Origin: Eubacteriales bacterium
GTDB lineage: Bacteria; Bacillota; Clostridia; Christensenellales; Aristaeellaceae
Length of the DNA stretch: 64,000 bases
Direction of reading: 5' to 3'
Assembly (NCBI GenBank): GCA_034104265.1
Contig: JAXEEE010000058.1
Location: 1,729-65,728 of the forward strand
Position numbers and translations under genes: made by a program. The notes beneath the pieces were generated by a model. The model searched no databases and was not told the DNA's origin. It saw only the letters and a program-made list of their open reading frames with translations. Below, in pieces: positions 43,032-49,768 of the stretch (within the stretch, counting starts at the first letter, position 1; every line of letters starts with the position of its first letter).

Positions 43032-44056
43032 TTGCTTTTTTCCTCCATCAGGCGAAGCAGCAGCCTTTCGACCACCGCCTGCCAGGTTACCTGATTTGCC
43101 CGCAGCCGCCGCGCCTGGGATACGGCATCCAGCAGTGCGGAGAAGGCTGCCACATCGCCCTCGCGGGCCAAGCGCTGCCAGGCTTCGGGATAGGGCGATA
43201 CCAGCGACGGATCCCGCTGCCCAAGCCGCACCAGCACAAGCAGGCGCAGCATGTCCTCCACATCGTCCAGCAGCTCGGCCGCGGCCTCCTTGCGATCCTT
43301 CCAGGCGTTGGACACCCGGAGAATATCGCTGCGGCCTTCCAGGGCGAAGAAGTCCCGCATAACCTCCTGCCGTCGCTGCCAGTAACCCTCGTCGGCCGCC
43401 ACTGCAATGGCCTGGCCGATGGAACCGCCGGATACGTGCAGCGCTTCCCGGGCGCGGGCGTCGTCCACGCCGTGCTCCCTGAGCACCCGCAGGATCACGT
43501 CATCCGGCCAGGGATGCAGCTTCAGCGCGCGGCACCGGCTGACAATGGTGGTCAGCAGCAGCTCCGGCGCATCGCTGAGCAGCAGGAACACCGTGCCGTC
43601 CAGGGGCTCCTCCAGGGTCTTGAGCAGGGCGTTCTGGGCTTGCGGGGTCATCTTGTCGGCGCGCTGGATGATCACCACCCGCTGTCCGCCCACAAAGGTG
43701 TGCTGCCCAACCAGCTCGTTGACCATGCGGATTTCGCCCACGGGAATGCTTTTCAACCCCTTGTCCACCTCAGGATTGATGGGCACGCCCGGCTGCACCA
43801 CAATGATGTCCGGGTGATTGCCCGCCATAGCCTGCGTGCAGGCAGGGCACACACCGCAGGGCTTGTCCTCCCCCGTACACACCAGGAACTGGGCGATCCT
43901 GGCGGCCAGGGTACGCTTGCCCATGCCGGAAGCCCCGCTGATCAGGTACGCATGGACAAAGCTGCCCGACCGCAGGGTGCGTATCAGTCCATCATAAACA
44001 GCGCCCTGCCGCGCGAAATCCGTCAGGGCGGGCGCTGCGCATGTCTCCTGCGCCAA
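43019..44056 (-). CDS. holB: DNA polymerase III delta' subunit
   Basis: AAA+ motif (HAYLISGASGMGKRTLA) and a Cys cluster (CGVCPAC). Synteny between darA and ricT. Confidence 0.85.
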   Translation of the reverse strand: MAQETCAAPALTDFARQGAVYDGLIRTLRSGSFVHAYLISGASGMGKRTLAARIAQFLVCTGEDKPCGVCPACTQAMAGNHPDIIVVQPGVPINPEVDKGLKSIPVGEIRMVNELVGQHTFVGGQRVVIIQRADKMTPQAQNALLKTLEEPLDGTVFLLLSDAPELLLTTIVSRCRALKLHPWPDDVILRVLREHGVDDARAREALHVSGGSIGQAIAVAADEGYWQRRQEVMRDFFALEGRSDILRVSNAWKDRKEAAAELLDDVEDMLRLLVLVRLGQRDPSLVSPYPEAWQRLAREGDVAAFSALLDAVSQARRLRANQVTWQAVVERLLLRLMEEKSKWST

Positions 44057-44069
44057 TGGGACGATCTCC

Positions 44070-44399
44070 TTACAGCTTGATAAACTGATCCACCGTCAGC
44101 ACGAACACCGTCGCGCCGCCCACGGTGACCTCAATGGGATAGGGCGAATACACGCCGGACACACCGGCCATGGAGGCAGGCTGGGTCGCAATCTGCTTGC
44201 GGGACTTGCACACCCGCTCGATTACCGCCATGGCTGCGTCAAACTTGTCGTCGTCCACGCCGACCAGCAGCGTGGTGTTGCCCGCGCGCAGGAATCCGCC
44301 GGTAGTGGCCAGCTTCGTCACACCAAAGCCATCGTTCATCAGTTGGGATACCAGCCGGGAGGCGTCCTCATCCTGGACGATCGCGATAATCAACTTCAT
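44070..44399 (-). CDS. darA: Cyclic-di-AMP receptor DarA/PstA (YaaQ)
   Basis: 109 aa, closely resembling Bacillus YaaQ (MKLI.A.VQD.D...L...L....F.VTKLATTGGFL..GNTT...GV, VGGATVFVL). Confidence 0.85.
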   Translation of the reverse strand: MKLIIAIVQDEDASRLVSQLMNDGFGVTKLATTGGFLRAGNTTLLVGVDDDKFDAAMAVIERVCKSRKQIATQPASMAGVSGVYSPYPIEVTVGGATVFVLTVDQFIKL

Positions 44400-44457
44400 G
44401 CAAAGAACCTCCTTCATAACCGGCAGCGCCGTGAAAGCATCTGCCTCTCCATAAAAC

Positions 44458-44486
44458 AGTATACAGCATAACGGTGGAAAATGCAA
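44458..44486 (-). promoter_or_regulatory. Putative sigma-A promoter for darA-holB-ricT
   Basis: On the minus strand: TTGCAT, 17 nt, TATACT. Confidence 0.5.
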
Positions 44487-44529
44487 GGTTGGCGCACAAA
44501 GCAGATTTTACAAGACAAAAAAGCAAACT

Positions 44530-44570
44530 AAGCCCGCAGCCTTGCCCCGGTTCAGGGAGGCTGCGGGCTT
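44530..44570 (-). terminator. Probable terminator after the esterase gene
   Basis: On the minus strand: AAGCCCGCAGCC, 17-nt loop, GGCTGCGGGCTT, with a T-rich tract a few nt downstream. Confidence 0.55.
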
Positions 44571-44573
44571 GGG

Positions 44574-45371
44574 TTATTGCATACTTTGTTTCAGGAAGGT
44601 CAATATCCTCTGCCGCCAGGGCTCTGTATACACCTGAGGCGAACCGTGACCGGCGCCCTCGATCAGAATCAACTCTGCCTTGCTTCCGCAGGCCAGAAGC
44701 CTGTCCCGCAGCCTGATGCTGTGCTCAGGCGGCACACGCTGGTCATCCGTACCGTGCAGGATCAGGAAATCCGCTGTTTTCCCATGGATGCCCGACAGGA
44801 TGTCCGCGGACATCCTTTGCCCTTCCGGAAGATCCGAAAGGAAATCCCGTATGGAAGTGTGACCATGCGTTTTCTCAAAGGCAAGCATCTTCTCCAGGTC
44901 GCTGACGCCATAAAGGTTGACAGCGGCCTGCACGGGCGACATACCATCAGGCCTCCTCATGCCGATGCCCAGGGCGCTGGCAATATACCCGCCTGCAGAC
45001 TCCCCCATCACCGCCATGCGGGCCGGATCCATGCCGAAGGCTAATGCGTTGTCGCGCAGATATCGGATGGCGGCCCATGCGTCATCAACCGGCGCGGGCC
45101 AGCGCCCGTTCACGCCCACCCGGTATTCCACGGACGCCAAAGTGAAGCCCCGCTGCGCGTACCAGACCAGATCCGGCAGCCACAGATGATGATCCATCTG
45201 TTGAAATGCACCGCCGCAGAACCAGACAAGCGCAGGCTGCATTGGCTGCGCATCCCTGTGACGGATTACGTCCAGATGAAGCGGCCGGCGCGTGCTGCCA
45301 TACCAGTAGGGCGTCTCTGTGTAGGTCAGGTCGCACATAAGCGCCAGCTGCCGATCCAATGCTTCTGACAT
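44574..45371 (-). CDS. Alpha/beta hydrolase (esterase/lipase-like)
   Basis: GESAGG nucleophile elbow and a HGTDD/GH pattern. The ATG at 45371 follows AAAGGAGGAATAAGG. Confidence 0.8.
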   Translation of the reverse strand: MSEALDRQLALMCDLTYTETPYWYGSTRRPLHLDVIRHRDAQPMQPALVWFCGGAFQQMDHHLWLPDLVWYAQRGFTLASVEYRVGVNGRWPAPVDDAWAAIRYLRDNALAFGMDPARMAVMGESAGGYIASALGIGMRRPDGMSPVQAAVNLYGVSDLEKMLAFEKTHGHTSIRDFLSDLPEGQRMSADILSGIHGKTADFLILHGTDDQRVPPEHSIRLRDRLLACGSKAELILIEGAGHGSPQVYTEPWRQRILTFLKQSMQ

Positions 45372-45432
45372 CCTTATTCCTCCTTTGTTATCCCTTGAGT
45401 CCGCTGGTGGCAATGCCCTCCACCAGGTATTT

Positions 45433-46869
45433 CTACAGGAAGATGAAGATCAGTATGACGGGAAGAATGGACAATACGGACATGGCGAACATTGCGCCAT
45501 AGTCTGATGATGTGGTCGGGTCACAGAAGAGCTTCAGTGCCAGACTCACAGGATACATCTCCGTCTTGTCCACATACAGCAGGGCGGAAAGAAAATCATC
45601 CCAGAGCCAGATGAAGGGAAAAATGCCCGAGGTGATCAGCGCGGGAACCATCAGGGGAAGAATCACCCGGGTGAAAATGCCGTAGTAGGAACAGCCGTCG
45701 ATTTTGGCGGCCTCGTCCAATTCCCTGGGGATGCCGCAGATAAAATTCTGCATCAGATAAACGAAGAAACCCTGTGTCGCGAAGAAGAACGGGACGATCA
45801 GGGGCATATAGGTACCCACCCACCCCAGCTTCTGATACCACAGATACTGGGGGATCATCAGCACCTGCGCCGGAAGCATCATGGTTGCCAGCATGGCTGC
45901 GAACAGCGGCTTCCTGCACAGGAAGCGAAGGCGGGCAAAGCCATAGGCCACGACGGACGAGGAAATCAGCGCACCCACGGTTGCAGCAACCGATATCCAC
46001 GCAGAATTCAGGAAGAAGCGGCCGAAATGCACTTTGCCAAAGCCCTTCCAGCCGGTGACGTAATTGTCCAGGGTCCATTCACGGGGCCATAATTCACCGG
46101 CGGTGGTAAAAATGGTGTTGGTCGGCTTGAAGGAGGAAAAAATCATCCAGAGCAGTGGGTAGATCATGACAATGCCCAGCGCACACACCGCAGCGTGAAA
46201 GATCAGCTGCGAGGCAGTCTTCTTCAGCCGCGCGCATCTGAGTGTTCGGGCATGTTCTGCCGGCAGCTTGCGCGCTATCATGTCCCTCATACGCCAGAAG
46301 TCAGTAAGCGGCCGGTGAGACCATAGCAGCTGTCGGTATCTCATTTCATCCAGCTCTGCAATGCGGACTCCGTCCTTGTCGGGATGAGCCTTCTTCGCCA
46401 CGATGTCCATGGCGACCTTGGCGAGATACAGGTTTGTGCCGATGCCCGCCGTTGCCGTAATGCCTGTATTGTACAGCACATCGCGGATCATGATCATCGT
46501 CAGATCATGGGCCGTCATTCCATAGGTGTGCAGGTAATCGGTCACGTCAATAAAGACCTTGTCGATGGAATAGACAAGAATGTCATCCGGGGCTACATAT
46601 GGGCAGTTACGTGTCAAATCAGAGATGCAACCGTCAGACAATGCTATATGAACAAGATTAACTTCAGGCCCAGCAACGTCAGCTTCGATTTTCGTCTCAT
46701 CCTGCCGAAGATCTCCGACAACCTTTTTTCTGCAGTGATCGGCGCCCCGGGACAGAATAATCTCGGCAACCAGGGTTTCCCACTGTTCGATGGGATGCAT
46801 CGTTTCAGGCTTTATGCCTGATCCTTCCCAAGCCACTATATGATGCAATGGCTCATGATGAAAAAGCAA
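45433..46869 (-). CDS. Chimeric ORF: unknown N-terminus plus a Y-family DNA polymerase fragment, fused in frame to a carbohydrate ABC transporter permease (MalG-type)
   Basis: Residues about 90-215 match Y-family polymerase palm/thumb motifs (VYSIDKVFIDVT, GITATAGIGTNLYLAKVAMDIVAKK, PLTDFWR). From about residue 216 the sequence is a permease (IYPLLWMIFSSFKP, EAA loop IPRELDEAAKIDG). Possible internal starts lie at 46290 and 46281. Confidence 0.6.
   Translation of the reverse strand: MLFHHEPLHHIVAWEGSGIKPETMHPIEQWETLVAEIILSRGADHCRKKVVGDLRQDETKIEADVAGPEVNLVHIALSDGCISDLTRNCPYVAPDDILVYSIDKVFIDVTDYLHTYGMTAHDLTMIMIRDVLYNTGITATAGIGTNLYLAKVAMDIVAKKAHPDKDGVRIAELDEMRYRQLLWSHRPLTDFWRMRDMIARKLPAEHARTLRCARLKKTASQLIFHAAVCALGIVMIYPLLWMIFSSFKPTNTIFTTAGELWPREWTLDNYVTGWKGFGKVHFGRFFLNSAWISVAATVGALISSSVVAYGFARLRFLCRKPLFAAMLATMMLPAQVLMIPQYLWYQKLGWVGTYMPLIVPFFFATQGFFVYLMQNFICGIPRELDEAAKIDGCSYYGIFTRVILPLMVPALITSGIFPFIWLWDDFLSALLYVDKTEMYPVSLALKLFCDPTTSSDYGAMFAMSVLSILPVILIFIFL
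46197..46600 (-). pseudogene. Y-family (UmuC/DinB-like) DNA polymerase fragment lacking the N-terminal catalytic motifs and the little-finger domain
   Basis: Only the motif III and helix-hairpin-helix region are present. No D-x-D-x-F-[FY]-A-S-V-E block appears in any frame upstream. Confidence 0.6.
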
Positions 46870-47143
46870 TGTGAATGATGTTAAGTATACCGATTATTCC
46901 GTCATCCGTCCATCAATACCCCTCCTATATATGAGAAAACATCTGCATAGCGAAGAGGGGCTTCATGGAACCCCAGAAGTCGATGTTCGCGCAGGTTATG
47001 GGTACATATATTATGCCGCTTTCTGCGGTCCCACGCAACCTCCAGCTGGAGGTAATCGTGAAATTCTCTTCCCTCGGCCTTACTGCCCGGCTCCTGACGC
47101 CATGCCGCCGTTTCTTTTGTGCAATTTGTACATATACTTCAGG

Positions 47144-47263
47144 AGGGTGCACCCTCGTCTCCGAAAATGCACCCTGGATAGAAGCCGAAAATACGAAAAA
47201 TGCACCCTGAAATCGGCTTAGGGTGCATTTAGGGTGCATCTGGGGTGCAGGGAGGGTGCATTT
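47144..47263. repeat. Cluster of seven AGGGTGCA(T) motifs: four direct copies at an exact 11-bp period, plus inverted copies
   Basis: Forward AGGGTGCA (one copy GGGGTGCA) at 47220, 47231, 47242 and 47253. Reverse TGCACCCT at 47168 and 47201. Palindrome AGGGTGCACCCT at 47144-47155. The pair AAATGCACCCT-11 nt-AGGGTGCATTT forms an 11-bp inverted repeat. Confidence 0.85.
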
Positions 47264-47852
47264 GTATCATGGTCGGTGGGCACATTTCAGCCAAGACAAC
47301 CAGGCCGCTGTCGGCTTCATCCGCCATGGCGCACAGCTTTCGCCGCGTATCGGGAGACTCGCTGCTGAAATGCTTGTCGTTGGTCGAACAGGAGAAACCG
47401 CCGCATTGCACGCTGATATAGCGGATCTGCAATTCCTGGTACTGCTCCACATAATGCTGCAGTTCACCGGAAATGCTGCTGCGGATATTCAGGTTCGCAG
47501 CGCCGTTGGCGTCGTTGAGCATGGACAGCTGGGACTGGATGACGCTGTCTGAGTAGAGCATGTTGGACAGCGTTTCCGCTTCCTTCAGCTTACGTCCAAG
47601 GGAATCCGCACTGTAGGAAAGAAAGTTGCCCAATTCCTTTTTGAGTAGCCGCTCATTGGGCAGAAACATGGTATGGTATACCAGCACGCAGCTGAATACA
47701 GCCATCAGAAGGAAAATCGCTACATTGATCAGCAGGATTTTCCACCTGATCGGCTTGTTGTTCAGTGGCCTGCGCAGCATGTTCCAGCCGGCGGCGAAGG
47801 GACAGCCGGTTTGACGGCAACGCTTATCTTTCATGGGGATCTTCTCCTTCAC
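47229..47852 (-). pseudogene. N-terminal fragment of a YesM-type sensor histidine kinase (TM segment plus part of the extracytoplasmic sensor); HAMP, HisKA and ATPase domains missing
   Basis: MLRRPLNNKPIRWKILLINVAIFLLMAVFSCVLVY... resembles the N-termini of sugar-locus two-component kinases. The reading frame runs into the repeat cluster and stops at 47229. Confidence 0.55.
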
Positions 47853-48105
47853 ATGGTTCGTGCGGCTTTTGTGTTTTGCGATCAGGGATTCATGCCCGCT
47901 GCATGCGCCGGAGCGGGTACGGCATATTCCTTTGGGGCGGCATAACCATATTCATCAGCATTTTCCAGTGTACCAGCCTGTTTGCGCCTGTGCAAACCAT
48001 TGGTATAAATTGCATATTATCCATTCATCCGGGACACGCCATGGATATTTTTCTTTACTTTTCCCAGCGGATACCGTATGATAGGCTGGTAAAGGAGTGA
48101 GCAGC

Positions 48106-49227
48106 TTGACACAAGACAGTATCACGCTGTTCGCCACGGCGGCCTTCGGCATGGAAGGCATCGTCGCGGCGGAACTGAAGCGGTTGAATATGAAAAATGT
48201 GACGGCGGAGATGGGCGGCGCGCGCTTCACGGGCACCATGGCGGATGCCTTTTTGTGCAACCTTCGTCTGCGCTGCGCCGACCGTGTGCTGATGATTCTG
48301 GCAGAGAAGTCCTGTCGTACCTTTGAGGAGTTGTTCCAGCTGGTGAAATCCGTCCCCTGGGAAGAGCTGCTGCCCGGGGACGCGCGGATCAACATTTCCG
48401 GCAAGTGCGCCCGGAGCCAGCTGATGAGCGTACGGGACTGCCAGGCCATTGCCAAGAAGGCCGTGATCGAGCGGCTGCGCCAGCGCACCCGGCGGGATGT
48501 GTTCCCTGAAACGGGCGTGGCCTTCCCCATTGGCGTGGCGCTGCACGGGGACGTGGCCCGCATTACCCTCGATTTGTCCGGCGAGGCCCTCAACCGCCGG
48601 GGCTACCGCACCTGGAACGGCGAGGCGCCTCTGCGGGAAACCCTGGCCGCCGCCCTGGTGGAGCTGTCCCCCTGGAGACCCGGTATGCGCCTGCACGACC
48701 CCTGCTGCGGCACCGGCACGCTGCTGATCGAGGCTGCCTTCCGGCAGGGGCATCGGGCGCCCGGTCTGACCCGCCGCTTCGCCATGGAGGATTTCCCCTT
48801 CTTCTCCCGGGAGGAGGGCGAGGCCATCCGCCGTCAGGCCCGCTTTGACTATGAGCCGGAGCGCATCAGCGGCATAACCGGCAGCGATATCGACCCCGCC
48901 GCCCTCGACCTGGCGGGGCGTCACATCCGGCAGGCGGGCCTGGAGGGAAAAATCACGGTCACGCAGCAACCGCTGGAAACCCTCCAATTGCCCGACGAGC
49001 AGGGCGTATTCCTGTGCAATCCGCCCTACGGCGAGCGGCTCAGCGACCGAAAAAGCTGCGAGAAGCTCTACCGGGAAATGCACCGGCTGAAGGATCGCCA
49101 CCCCGGCTGGAGCCTGTGCGCCATTTCTTCCGATCCTGCCTTTGAGCGGGCCTACGGCAAGCGCGCGGACAAGAAGCGCCGCCTATACAACGGGCGGCTG
49201 GAGTGCGAATTCCTGATTTTCCGGTAA
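48106..49227 (+). CDS. THUMP-domain class I SAM-dependent RNA methyltransferase (RlmL/YpsC-like)
   Basis: N-terminal THUMP-like region, SAM motif (DPCCGTGTLLIEAA) and NPPYGERL. A TTG at 48106 lies 8 nt after AAGGAG; the ORF track gives GTG at 48097. Confidence 0.85.
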   Translation: MTQDSITLFATAAFGMEGIVAAELKRLNMKNVTAEMGGARFTGTMADAFLCNLRLRCADRVLMILAEKSCRTFEELFQLVKSVPWEELLPGDARINISGKCARSQLMSVRDCQAIAKKAVIERLRQRTRRDVFPETGVAFPIGVALHGDVARITLDLSGEALNRRGYRTWNGEAPLRETLAAALVELSPWRPGMRLHDPCCGTGTLLIEAAFRQGHRAPGLTRRFAMEDFPFFSREEGEAIRRQARFDYEPERISGITGSDIDPAALDLAGRHIRQAGLEGKITVTQQPLETLQLPDEQGVFLCNPPYGERLSDRKSCEKLYREMHRLKDRHPGWSLCAISSDPAFERAYGKRADKKRRLYNGRLECEFLIFR

Positions 49228-49260
49228 GATGCCATTTTGATGAAAGAGGGAGCGATTTCT

Positions 49261-49695
49261 ATGGCTGAGAAGCTGCCCCAGGCTGCACTGGACGTGATGA
49301 AGGAGCGGTTCGGCAAGGATTCCCTGATTGCCCTGGCCACCCTGGACGGCACGCGGCCCAGCGTGCGCACGGTGGACGCGCTCTATGTGGACGGCGCGTT
49401 CTACGTCATAACCCACGCGCTGTCCAGCAAGATGAAACAGATTGCGGCCAATCCCGCTGTGGCCGTCAGCGGCGAGTGGTTCACGGGGCACGGCGTGGGC
49501 GAGAACATCGGGCATGTGCGCGCGGAAAAAAATCAGGCCATCGCTGGGAAGCTGCGCGCCGCCTTCGCCGCCTGGTATGATAATGGCCACACCAACGAGG
49601 CTGACCCCAACACCTGCATCCTCCGCATCCGCCTGACCGACGGCGTGCTGTTCTCCCACGGCACGCGGTATGATCTCGATTTTACAGCAGGCTGA
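49261..49695 (+). CDS. Pyridoxamine 5'-phosphate oxidase-like FMN-binding family protein
   Basis: PNPOx split-barrel-like sequence (LATLDGTRPSVRTVD..YVDGAFYVITH). The ATG at 49261 follows AGAGGGA. Confidence 0.7.
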   Translation: MAEKLPQAALDVMKERFGKDSLIALATLDGTRPSVRTVDALYVDGAFYVITHALSSKMKQIAANPAVAVSGEWFTGHGVGENIGHVRAEKNQAIAGKLRAAFAAWYDNGHTNEADPNTCILRIRLTDGVLFSHGTRYDLDFTAG

Positions 49696-49713
49696 TCCAT
49701 AGACAGGCAAAGG

Positions 49714-49750
49714 AAAAGCATCCGCGGGATTGATCCTGCGGATGCTTTTT
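49714..49750. terminator. Bidirectional terminator between the PNPOx-like gene and the LDT-CapA gene
   Basis: AAAAGCATCCGC, 12-nt loop, GCGGATGCTTTTT. Confidence 0.8.
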
Positions 49751-49768
49751 GTCTGCCGGAAACGGAGA

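Noticed and set aside
46600-46869. Whether the first 90 codons or so of the chimeric ORF are the divergent N-terminus of the Y-family polymerase.
   Set aside because: The spacing to the YSID motif is about right. However, the catalytic D-x-D...F-[FY]-A-S-V-E block is absent in this frame and the other two. I therefore treat it as unassigned sequence rather than calling a full polymerase.
46871-47239. ORFs of 104-116 aa on both strands in the non-coding part of the island (46871-47221 plus strand, 46925-47239 minus strand, 46965-47210 plus strand).
   Set aside because: They have no RBS. Their translations are largely dictated by the repeat motifs. They resemble no protein family I can recognise, and they overlap one another.
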